Of a stretch of 23,794 nt of DNA, positions 8,136 through 16,417 are shown one piece after another (the first letter of the stretch is position 1; each line of letters opens with the position of its first letter). This stretch comes from an archaeon. GTDB taxonomy: Archaea > Methanobacteriota_B > Thermococci > Methanofastidiosales > NM3. Below the pieces are notes generated by a model, which worked only from the letters and a program-made list of their open reading frames with translations, had not been told where the DNA came from and ran no database searches. The translations under genes and the position numbers were made by a program. The stretch is taken from positions 1 to 23,794 of the forward strand of contig RXIG01000006.1 of NCBI GenBank assembly GCA_004212155.1, written 5' to 3'.

Positions 8136-8683
8136 GCGTGCAGAGGCTCAGGCGCGAGGATTGCGTGCTGCTCATCATCGACGTGCAGGAGGCGTTCGTC
8201 CCATCGCTTTACGACCCCTATCCAACGATCAAAAACATTCTCAAACTCTCCCAGGGCGCTGATGTGCTCGGCATCCCGATCATCCTCACCGAACAATACC
8301 CGAAGGGAATCGGCGAGACCGTGCCGCACATACTCGACCGTCTCGGTACGCATTCGTATGTCGAAAAGGACACGTTCTCCTGCTTCAAGGAACCGCGATT
8401 CGTCGAGCAGCTCGGCGAGACGGGCAAGTCCCAGATCATCATCACCGGCATCGAGGCGCACGTATGTGTCACGAAGACGGCGCTTGACGCCATTGACGCC
8501 GGCTACGAGGTCTATGTCGTCGACGATGCCGTGACATCGCGCACCAAGCGCAATCGTGACCTCGGCGTCAGGCGCATGGAGCGGGCGGGGGCGGTCGTCG
8601 AGAGCACCGAGAGCGCGCTGTTTGCCTGCATCGAGCGTTCAGACGACGAGACGTTCAAGCAGATCCATCGCATCATAAAGTAG
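8132..8683 (+). CDS. Isochorismatase-family cysteine hydrolase
   Basis: LLIIDVQE, TEQYPKG, K.TFSC and GIEAHVCV give an intact Asp-Lys-Cys triad. ATGA overlap with yjbQ. Confidence 0.92.
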   Translation: MSVQRLRREDCVLLIIDVQEAFVPSLYDPYPTIKNILKLSQGADVLGIPIILTEQYPKGIGETVPHILDRLGTHSYVEKDTFSCFKEPRFVEQLGETGKSQIIITGIEAHVCVTKTALDAIDAGYEVYVVDDAVTSRTKRNRDLGVRRMERAGAVVESTESALFACIERSDDETFKQIHRIIK

Positions 8684-8701
8684 CCGGCAAAGCCACAAAC
8701 C

Positions 8702-8757
8702 TTTTATAGGGGCAGCAAACGATAATAATCCGATTATAAATTTTATAATCAGGTGAT
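8702..8757 (+). promoter_or_regulatory. thiB promoter with palindromic operator (candidate ThiR site)
   Basis: TTTTATAG at 8702, palindrome ATAATC-C-GATTAT at 8725-8737, second imperfect copy ATAATC-A-GGTGAT at 8745-8757 overlapping the SD. Confidence 0.6.
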
Positions 8758-8760
8758 AGA

Positions 8761-9771
8761 ATGAAACGGTTACTACTGATTCCGCTTCTCATCGTCGCGC
8801 TCGCATGCGGATGCATCGGCGGCAACGACGACAAGGAGCTTACCATCTATACCTACGACAGCTTTGTGGCCGAGTGGGGTCCCGGCCCCACGGTCGTGCC
8901 CATGTTCGAGGAGAAGTATGGCATCACGGTCAACATCGTGTCAATGGGCAGTTCTGGCGACATGATATCCCGCGCAATTCTGGAAAAGGACGACCCGAAG
9001 GCGGACATCCTGCTCGGGATCAACGACGTGCAGATGTATCGCGCGTTTTCAGAGGACGTTCTTGCAGAATACCGGCCCGATGCCTACGAGATGATTCCCG
9101 ATCACCTTGTCATGGACGACCAGTGGCGGCTGACGCCGTTCGATTACGGCTACATGGCCATCGTCTACGACTCGCAAAAGGTAGATAATCCGCCGACATC
9201 GTTTGAGGACCTCAAGGATGAGAGGTGGAAGGACTCGCTTATCGTCGAGGACCCGCGCACTTCATCTCCCGGCCTCTCCTTCATGCTATGGACCGTCGCG
9301 GCCTACGGCGACGACTTCGACGACTACTGGCGCGCCATCGACGACTCGATCCTCACGGTCGCCCCCAGCTGGAACACCGCCTACTACGGCATGTTCATGG
9401 AAGGCGAGGCCCCCATGGTCGTCAGCTACTCAACGAGCCCAGCCTACCACCTCGAGTACGAGGACACAGACCGCTACAAGAGCGTTATCTTCGAGGAGGG
9501 CGGCTTCGTGCAGATCGAGGGTGCGGGCATCGTGAACGGCGCCGAGCACGAGGATGCTGCGAAGAAGTTCATCGACTTCATGCTTACCGAGGAGTTTCAG
9601 CGCGAGCTTCCGCTCACCCAGTTCATGCTCCCTGTCAATCCCAACGTCGAGCTGCCGGCATCATATGAGATCGTCAAGACAACAGACGACGTGCTCGACC
9701 TTGACCGCACACTGCTTGCCACGCACCTCGACACATGGACGGACGATTGGATTGCAGCCATAGGAGGCTGA
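8761..9771 (+). CDS. thiB: Thiamine ABC transporter substrate-binding lipoprotein
   Basis: Lipobox LACGC, LTIYTYDSF...WGPGP, PFDYGY, DPRTSSPG and SYSTSPAYH are ThiB/TbpA signatures. Confidence 0.93.
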   Translation: MKRLLLIPLLIVALACGCIGGNDDKELTIYTYDSFVAEWGPGPTVVPMFEEKYGITVNIVSMGSSGDMISRAILEKDDPKADILLGINDVQMYRAFSEDVLAEYRPDAYEMIPDHLVMDDQWRLTPFDYGYMAIVYDSQKVDNPPTSFEDLKDERWKDSLIVEDPRTSSPGLSFMLWTVAAYGDDFDDYWRAIDDSILTVAPSWNTAYYGMFMEGEAPMVVSYSTSPAYHLEYEDTDRYKSVIFEEGGFVQIEGAGIVNGAEHEDAAKKFIDFMLTEEFQRELPLTQFMLPVNPNVELPASYEIVKTTDDVLDLDRTLLATHLDTWTDDWIAAIGG

Positions 9772-9777
9772 CGACAC

Positions 9778-11415
9778 ATGCTCGCAAGGGGCAGGCATGC
9801 GCTGCTGGCAGCGCTGGCGATCGCGTTCGCACTTGCCATCGGCGCGCCGCTCCTCTCCGTTTTCCTCTCGGGAATAGGGGGGGGCGGTTCGCTTGCCCCA
9901 TTTTTTTCCATTCTTGAAAGCGGCTACTACCGTGACGTCATCGCATTCACGTTCGGCCAGGCCGCCCTGTCGGTCGCCGTCACGCTTGTCGTCGGGCTGC
10001 CCGGAGCGTACGTCTTTGCCAACTACTCATTTCGCGGACGCGAACAGATGCTGGCGCTAGCCACCGTCCCGTTCGTCCTTCCCTCCGTCCTCGTCGTCCT
10101 CGGGTTCGTTATCTTTTTTGGCAACTCTGGTGTCGTGAACACGGCGCTTATGGGCCTTTTCAACCTGGAATCACCGCCGCTGCGCATCCTCTATAGCTGG
10201 CGTGCCATCGTGCTCGCCCATTCGTTCTATAACATACCGCTCGTCTTCAGGCTCGTCTCCGCGGTCTGGTCGCAGCTCGATGAGCGCATGCGCGAGGCGG
10301 CCTACAATGTAGGGGCGTCGCGCTGGGACGTCTTTCGCGATATCGAGTTTCCCCTCATACGCCAGTCGGTGCTCTCGTGCGCGCTGCTGACGTTTATGTA
10401 CTCGTTCACATCGTTTGCCATCGTGCTCGCTCTCGGGGGCGCGCGCTACACAACCATCGAGGTGGCCATCTACAACCTTGCCATGTTCAGGGGCGCATAC
10501 GGCCTTTCCAGTGCGCTTGCGCTCTTACAGATCGCGTTCCTTGCAGTGGTCGTTTGGCTCTACATGGGCGTCCGGGTGCACGGCGGCGCCCAGGGCGTCA
10601 GGATCAAACGGTCGTTCACATCGCTTGCGCGGTGGCAAAAGGCGGGCATCACAGCGTATGCCGGATGCGTCGGCGCGTTCCTCTTCGGCCCGCTCGCAAG
10701 CATCGTAGGCGAGTCGCTCAGGCGCACGGTCCACGGCGAGACCACATACACGCTCGCATGGTACAAGGAGCTCTTCTTTCCCGACACGCAGGGATTCATC
10801 GGGGCCTCGCCGCCCCAGGCCATCGTCAATTCAATCACGTTCGCCGTGCTTGCCATGGCGATCTCCGTGGGCGTGGGGCTTGCTGCGGCGTATCTGCTCA
10901 ACGGCCCACTGCGTGGAAGGGGCGTCATGGGGGTGGCCACGATGCTCCCCCTGGGCATATCGACGGTGACCCTTGCACTTGGTTACATCGTCATCGGCAA
11001 CAGGCTTGGCGTCGACGTCTCATTCTGGGCCATCGTGCTCATACACGCCATCATCTCAGTGCCGTTCTCGGTACGGACGCTCTCGTCCTCACTCGCTGCT
11101 ATCGACACGAGGCTTGTCGAGGCGGCACAGGGCGTGGGCGCATCAAGGCTGCGCGCGTTTTTTTCCATCGAGGTGCCGCTGCTAAAAGGCGGGCTCATCG
11201 CCGCTGCGGTCTTCTCATTTGCCATATCCCTGGGAGAGCTTGCTGCTGCATTCATGCTCTACGGTGGACGCTACACGACGATTCCCATCTACATCTACCG
11301 CTATATCGGCGGGTATCGATTCGGTTCGGCAGCCGCCATGGGCGTCGTGCTCATGGCAGTCTCCGCGGTAAGCTTCTACGTCATCGATCGCATGGGCGCT
11401 CGCATGCAGTTCTAA
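9778..11415 (+). CDS. thiP: Thiamine ABC transporter permease (two fused TM domains)
   Basis: FTFGQA, PFVLP, LAHSFYN.P and two EAA loops (REAAYNVGAS, VEAAQGVGAS). Directly follows thiB. Confidence 0.9.
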   Translation: MLARGRHALLAALAIAFALAIGAPLLSVFLSGIGGGGSLAPFFSILESGYYRDVIAFTFGQAALSVAVTLVVGLPGAYVFANYSFRGREQMLALATVPFVLPSVLVVLGFVIFFGNSGVVNTALMGLFNLESPPLRILYSWRAIVLAHSFYNIPLVFRLVSAVWSQLDERMREAAYNVGASRWDVFRDIEFPLIRQSVLSCALLTFMYSFTSFAIVLALGGARYTTIEVAIYNLAMFRGAYGLSSALALLQIAFLAVVVWLYMGVRVHGGAQGVRIKRSFTSLARWQKAGITAYAGCVGAFLFGPLASIVGESLRRTVHGETTYTLAWYKELFFPDTQGFIGASPPQAIVNSITFAVLAMAISVGVGLAAAYLLNGPLRGRGVMGVATMLPLGISTVTLALGYIVIGNRLGVDVSFWAIVLIHAIISVPFSVRTLSSSLAAIDTRLVEAAQGVGASRLRAFFSIEVPLLKGGLIAAAVFSFAISLGELAAAFMLYGGRYTTIPIYIYRYIGGYRFGSAAAMGVVLMAVSAVSFYVIDRMGARMQF

Positions 11416-11736
11416 ACGAGCTCATCAAATTTTTTCTAATCAGAAGATAACCAATATGCCCTCTTGCGGCCATATCTTTATCTTATCAGATCCATCATTG
11501 TGATACCTCCTCCACAGTGCCACTTGGCGCATTCGAAACGTGCGCACGAAAGAGAATGGGAAGAAGACGCATATAGAGAATATGTAAGGAATAGCCTATA
11601 TCAATCGGGAAAAGAAAACCAGTGTTTTATTTTCATCCAAGGAGGTCTTAATATTCAATATTGCCTCTATGTACAAGGACGATAGTTATAAAAACCATAA
11701 TTGAGAGATAATTTTATTTGTTTTTGGGTGATGTAA

Positions 11737-12630
11737 ATCAGACCTCCGTGTATCCTCGTTGGCGAACGCGTGCTTCCCGCTGTTCGACAGGCTGTTGCAC
11801 AGATACTGGTCAAGGAAAAGGGGTATTCCCAGAGCCGTGCAGCCGAGCTTCTCGGCATCACGCAGGCAATGGTCTCAAAGTATGCTTCCGGCGTCATCAA
11901 GCGCCTCGACGACCCGATCCAGGACGATATCGATGCGTTAGCCCGCGAGATTGCCGAAGTACTCGAGCAACCGGGTGAGGGAACGCGGCTTTTGTGCTCG
12001 CGCTGCATCTCCTGGCGCGAGTCGCTCAAGCTCTGCGCTCTGCACAAGTCGGCCAGCGACATCGAGGAGTGCAGGGCCTGCCTCAATCTCGGCAGGTCGT
12101 CAAATCCGCGAAACATGGTGCTTCACACCATCTCCCGCGCTGTGGAGATGCTTATCGACGAGAACATCGTCGAACTCATCCCCCAGGTGCGCTCGAACAT
12201 CGCGATGTGCACCCCCGACCCAGTAGGCCCCCAGGACGTGGCATCGGTGCCGGGCCGCCTCATCGTCGTTCGGGACAGGCTTTTGAGCCCCACGGACCCC
12301 GAGTTCAACGCCTCGAGGCACACGACGGAATTCTTGCTTCGCATCCACGAGTTCGTGCCGGCCATACGCTCGCTTCTCAACATTCGCCACTCTCCCGAGA
12401 TCATTGCGGCATGCAGGGAGCTTGGCATGTCGGTCTACCTCGCACCGCGCCGCGAGGAGCGCCTTGACATCGGAGGGATCGACGAACACACCGACTGCAT
12501 CGTCGACGAGGGCGATTTTGGCATCGAGCCATGCATCTACATCCTCGGCGCCGATGCGCTCGATGTGGCACGGAAGGCGGCCGCCATCCACTCCACGCTC
12601 AAGGGAGAGCACCATGATAGCGCTCACTGA
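11737..12630 (+). CDS. thiR: ThiR-type regulator (N-terminal HTH + ThiN-like thiamine-phosphate-binding domain)
   Basis: HTH SQSRAAELLGITQAMVSKY, Cys-rich linker, ThiN-like LIPQVRSNIA...VPGR...P.F.ASRH...DEG.FG.EP. Start proposed at ATC 11737; first canonical start is GTG 11770. Confidence 0.85.
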   Translation: MRPPCILVGERVLPAVRQAVAQILVKEKGYSQSRAAELLGITQAMVSKYASGVIKRLDDPIQDDIDALAREIAEVLEQPGEGTRLLCSRCISWRESLKLCALHKSASDIEECRACLNLGRSSNPRNMVLHTISRAVEMLIDENIVELIPQVRSNIAMCTPDPVGPQDVASVPGRLIVVRDRLLSPTDPEFNASRHTTEFLLRIHEFVPAIRSLLNIRHSPEIIAACRELGMSVYLAPRREERLDIGGIDEHTDCIVDEGDFGIEPCIYILGADALDVARKAAAIHSTLKGEHHDSAH

Positions 12631-13828
12631 CATCGTACTCTTGCTTCTTGTGGCCAAGGTCGGCGGCGAGGTCCTCGGCCGATTCGGCATCTCGCCTGTT
12701 GTCTCCGAGCTCCTCGCAGGCATATGCCTCGGGCCGTTCGTCCTCGACTTCGTCCATCCGTCGGAGGCATTCGATACGCTGGCCGAGCTTGGCCTGCTCA
12801 TGATGATGCTCTATGTGGGCCTCACGAGCAAGTTCTCCGATATTACCAAATACAAGGTATCGGCGACGGTGATAGGGTCGAGCGGCGTCATTGCGAGCTT
12901 CGCCCTCGGTTTCATGGCCACATATGCGTTCGGATTCGGCTTGGTGCCTTCGCTTTTCGTCGGCATCCTCCTCTCTAACACGTCGATCGAGGTCGTCTCG
13001 AGCATCATCATCCTCGAGGACACGCGCGGGATCGGCCCCCTGCTTGTCGCCTCCGCGCTTGCCGACGACTTCATCGCCATCTACCTTATCGGCCTCCTCT
13101 CCGCCATGGCGACCCAGGGCCTGCCGAGCCTGTCGGGCATGCTTGTCATCACGCTCAAGATCGTCCTCTTCGTCGGCACCCTGCTCTACCTGTCCGAAAA
13201 GGTGCTCGTCAAGGACATCTTCAAGCTGCTTCGCCTCAAGTACTTCAACAGCGACTATCACATGCTCACGATCATGTTCATCCTTACGTTCTCGTTTGCC
13301 ATGCTCGCCAAGGTGGTCGGTCTCCACGAGGTCATCGGCGCCTACCTGGCCGGGCTTGTGATAGGCCGTGTGCGGGAGCGGCCAGACCCGATGCTGAGGG
13401 TGCAGGTATGTCTCAATGAGAACATAGAGCATCTTTCAGTGTACTTGAAATCCATATTCATGCCTTTCTTTTTCATATCGATCGGCCTGAGCTTCGATCC
13501 TGTAAAGGGGCTCTACTGGACGTTTATCGCCGTTGTTGCCGCCGTTGCCTTCATCGGCAAGATCGCGGGATGCGGCATCGGCGCCCGCATCATGGGACTC
13601 GCGCGGGAACGTTCCGCTCTCGTCGGCCTTGGCATGTGCGGACGCGGTTCGCTTGAGCTTGCGCTCGTGAGCTATGGATTTGCAAGCGGAATAATAGGGG
13701 AGGAGATCTTCTCCGCCGTCGTTATCGTGTCACTTATGACGATCGTGTTCTCTCCGCTCCTCTTCAGATGGGGGCTTTCGCTCCTCGGTCCCCGCGTCGA
13801 CCAACCGATGCCCATCGAGCCCGATTAG
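12614..13828 (+). CDS. Cation:proton antiporter, CPA2/NapA-Kef family
   Basis: Many TM segments, ELLAGI.LGP, SNTS, ADD, GKI.G and GRGSLE motifs. Start moved from 12404 to ATG 12614 (MIALTD). Confidence 0.9.
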   Translation: MIALTDIVLLLLVAKVGGEVLGRFGISPVVSELLAGICLGPFVLDFVHPSEAFDTLAELGLLMMMLYVGLTSKFSDITKYKVSATVIGSSGVIASFALGFMATYAFGFGLVPSLFVGILLSNTSIEVVSSIIILEDTRGIGPLLVASALADDFIAIYLIGLLSAMATQGLPSLSGMLVITLKIVLFVGTLLYLSEKVLVKDIFKLLRLKYFNSDYHMLTIMFILTFSFAMLAKVVGLHEVIGAYLAGLVIGRVRERPDPMLRVQVCLNENIEHLSVYLKSIFMPFFFISIGLSFDPVKGLYWTFIAVVAAVAFIGKIAGCGIGARIMGLARERSALVGLGMCGRGSLELALVSYGFASGIIGEEIFSAVVIVSLMTIVFSPLLFRWGLSLLGPRVDQPMPIEPD

Positions 13829-15021
13829 AACCAGCGCGCGAGGGTGTCCTGTGTGGCCGTCATCGAGTGAGCGTAGACAAGCGGCGTGTCGGCGCCCGTC
13901 AAATCACAGGCATGGCCGATGGCGTCTCCATCCTGCCCGAACGTGCCTTGCGACGAAGCCGTTTTGAGGCCCTGGCGCATCGACTTTGCGCCCATGGGAA
14001 GGCAGATTCCCTCGTCTGGCACCTCGAGCGCCATCACCGCGGCCTGCCTGCCGCGCGCGTGAAGGATCTCAGCGGCGGCAAGCCTGCACGCATAGTAGGG
14101 ACCAGAGCCGCGCAGCGCCTGGTCGGACGCTCCGCGGTACGTCTCATGCTCATGTACCGATATCGTCTCCTCGGCACCAAGCGCCCAGATGTACGTCGGT
14201 GGCAGGACCTCAATGAGCTCGAACTCCCACGGGCGGGGCATGAGCACGAATGCGATGTTCGTGCCAAGCCATTTCGTGGCCACCACCTCTGCTTCTTCGA
14301 TGAGGGGATAGCGCTTGATACGGCGCATGAGCTCGGAGGAGCATATGTCATAGATCGTCGTCCTGGCCCATGACGTGGGCATCATGGGCTGGCCGTCGGC
14401 GAGGAGCCCGAGGGCGTAGCGATTGCACAGGTGCTCGGGGTCGACCCCCTTGAGATACGCGTTTGCAAGCGCCTGCGGCGCCGGTTCGCCGGCGTCGGGC
14501 CGCCAGGTGGACTGGAGCGTCTGCTCCTCGCACGCGAGGGCGTGCGGCTCGCAGGGGTTGGGGCGCGGCTCATCGACGGCGGTAAAGACAGGATCGTCCC
14601 TGAACGAATGATGGTCGATGTCCAGCGCCACGCGGGGCGTGTCGATCGAGAGAGCGATGGAGCGAAGGAGGCCGGGATCGATGCGTTCGCGCTCCATCGT
14701 TGCCGTCACGCTTCGGCGCAGCTGTTCGAACCGCTCCTCGCGGTCCCCCACGACCTCGCACGGCCCCACGACCACAGAGAGCGTATCGGGCTCGAGCTGG
14801 TCGATGACGATGTCGCGCACGCCGTCCTCGACCCGGCTGGAAAACACGGGCGGCACGTTGAAGTCGATGCGTATTGAGGACAGGAGCGGGCATGGGACGT
14901 GACCGCAGTAGAACCGTCCCTTGCACAGGGCGCACTTAGAGCGGGGTATCCCCTCTGCCAGCCCGGTGTCGACATACACGCTGCATGTCGCGTTTCGTTC
15001 GCGCGGTTCATCATCGAACAT
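13825..15021 (-). CDS. Nre-family DNA repair protein (divergent)
   Basis: N-terminal C..CKG...CG...CP, PT.W, P.PWEFELIE, E.YRG, YYA.RL and C-terminal PIP box QDTLARWF. Confidence 0.8.
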   Translation of the reverse strand: MFDDEPRERNATCSVYVDTGLAEGIPRSKCALCKGRFYCGHVPCPLLSSIRIDFNVPPVFSSRVEDGVRDIVIDQLEPDTLSVVVGPCEVVGDREERFEQLRRSVTATMERERIDPGLLRSIALSIDTPRVALDIDHHSFRDDPVFTAVDEPRPNPCEPHALACEEQTLQSTWRPDAGEPAPQALANAYLKGVDPEHLCNRYALGLLADGQPMMPTSWARTTIYDICSSELMRRIKRYPLIEEAEVVATKWLGTNIAFVLMPRPWEFELIEVLPPTYIWALGAEETISVHEHETYRGASDQALRGSGPYYACRLAAAEILHARGRQAAVMALEVPDEGICLPMGAKSMRQGLKTASSQGTFGQDGDAIGHACDLTGADTPLVYAHSMTATQDTLARWF

Positions 15022-15037
15022 GGCTCTTCCCTTCTCC

Positions 15038-15802
15038 TTACCCCTCGAGGAATATCTTGACGAATCGAACGACGTTTTTGAACTTCTCGAACGCGTCCGT
15101 GTGTGCGGCTGCCTCTGTCAAGGGGTGTCCTTCGTTTCCGGCCTGGATGAACTTTTCCGAGAATGGTATGCTGCCAAGGTATGGTATGCCCATCTCCATC
15201 GCGATATACTCTGCTGTCGTCTCGTTCTTGGGAAGGAGCTCAGTGCCGCATTCGGGACATGAAACGCTGCTGACATTCTCCACGAGCCCGATGACCAGGA
15301 GGTCGTGCTTGCGAGCGAACGTGATCGCCTTTTTTGTCTTCTTTAGCGCGATCTCCTGGGGCGTCGTGACGATGAGCGTGGCCTTTGGCCCCACCGCCTC
15401 GACGATCTCCGAGACCGTCTCGCCAATGCCTGTCGGTGGATCGACGATGAGGAAGTCGAGGTCGCCCCATGCGATGTTTCGCGTGTACTGGTCGATGACC
15501 TTCTTCTTGGCGTCCTTCTTGATGATAAGGGGCGTGTCCGTTTCCTCGGTGACAAGGTCCATCGCCATCACCTTGAGATGGGGCGTCACCTGTACGGGGA
15601 CGAGCTTGTCGTCGACCACCTTGGGCTGTTGGTCTGTAACGCCGAGGACGTGCCCGATGGTGCCGTTGTTGATGTCCGCGTCGAGCAGTCCCACAGCATA
15701 GCCCATGTTGGAGAGCTCGTATGCGACGTTTGCCGCGATCATCGTCTTGCCTACGCCGCCCTTGCCGCTGAGCACTACCACCTTGTGTTTGATAGAGTTC
15801 AT
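15038..15802 (-). CDS. Mrp/NBP35-family P-loop ATPase (Fe-S carrier-like)
   Basis: SGKGGVGKT, LLDADI, WGDLDFLIVD, VTTPQ, GLVEN.S...CPECG, LGSIPF. Confidence 0.88.
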   Translation of the reverse strand: MNSIKHKVVVLSGKGGVGKTMIAANVAYELSNMGYAVGLLDADINNGTIGHVLGVTDQQPKVVDDKLVPVQVTPHLKVMAMDLVTEETDTPLIIKKDAKKKVIDQYTRNIAWGDLDFLIVDPPTGIGETVSEIVEAVGPKATLIVTTPQEIALKKTKKAITFARKHDLLVIGLVENVSSVSCPECGTELLPKNETTAEYIAMEMGIPYLGSIPFSEKFIQAGNEGHPLTEAAAHTDAFEKFKNVVRFVKIFLEG

Positions 15803-15946
15803 CGTATCACATAATGGTCTCGCACCGGTGCATATATTAGGTTATCGCATTCATAACCGCCCCTCTTTGCCCAAAAAGGTGTGCGGCGCCGCGTCGCAAA
15901 ACAGAAAAATATAAAGAGAGATGCGCATAGTATCCATGTGGTCACA

Positions 15947-16417
15947 ATGGAGAAAAGGAAGTTCAAGACCCATGAGATTTGCCTGATGATAACTGCTGTC
16001 ATCAATGATGAGAAGGCGCTTTCTCTCATCACGGAGGAGAACAAGACCAAATGGGCGCATGCGTACCAGAAGGATGACGACGACAGGGCGGTCGAGGTCG
16101 CACTCCTCTTCGAACGGCTGTTCTTTGCAAACCACTTCGCCATCGATTACAACGAGCGCATCGGCTGGACGAAATGCACCTTCGAGATGCCGATGATAAA
16201 CATCGAGTACCTGCTTGACAGCAAGGAGTGGCGCCAGCTAAAGGACATCGAGCTCCTCAAGCTCCTTGTCGAGCTGTGGCGCGGCGTCTTCACGGAAAAC
16301 GGTGTCGTGTGCATGGCAAGCGAGAGCGACTACGACCAGCTCATGCTTCTCATCACGTATTACTACGACAAGCTCCTCGTGAACTATGTCGGAAAGATCG
16401 GAGAAGATCTCGAATGA
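15947..16417 (+). CDS. Hypothetical protein (156 aa)
   Basis: Host-like codon usage. Stop overlaps the nfo start (ATGA). Start placed at ATG 15947. No family recognised. Confidence 0.75.
   Translation: MEKRKFKTHEICLMITAVINDEKALSLITEENKTKWAHAYQKDDDDRAVEVALLFERLFFANHFAIDYNERIGWTKCTFEMPMINIEYLLDSKEWRQLKDIELLKLLVELWRGVFTENGVVCMASESDYDQLMLLITYYYDKLLVNYVGKIGEDLE

Noticed and set aside
8684-8760. TPP riboswitch upstream of thiB
   Set aside because: The spacer is only 77 nt, AT-rich, and lacks the CTGAGA and CCTGA core elements.
10377-11450. 357-aa alternate-frame ORF over thiP
   Set aside because: Arg/His-rich frame-shadow of a hydrophobic GC-rich gene.
11464-11685. 73-aa TTG-start ORF between thiP and thiR
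   Set aside because: No SD, no ABC ATPase motif and atypical codon usage; cannot be supported as a gene.
12404-12613. ORF-track N-terminal extensions of the antiporter (also nfo from 16228 and the permease from 18435)
   Set aside because: They overlap neighbouring genes and look non-coding. Better starts with an SD or ATGA coupling lie downstream.
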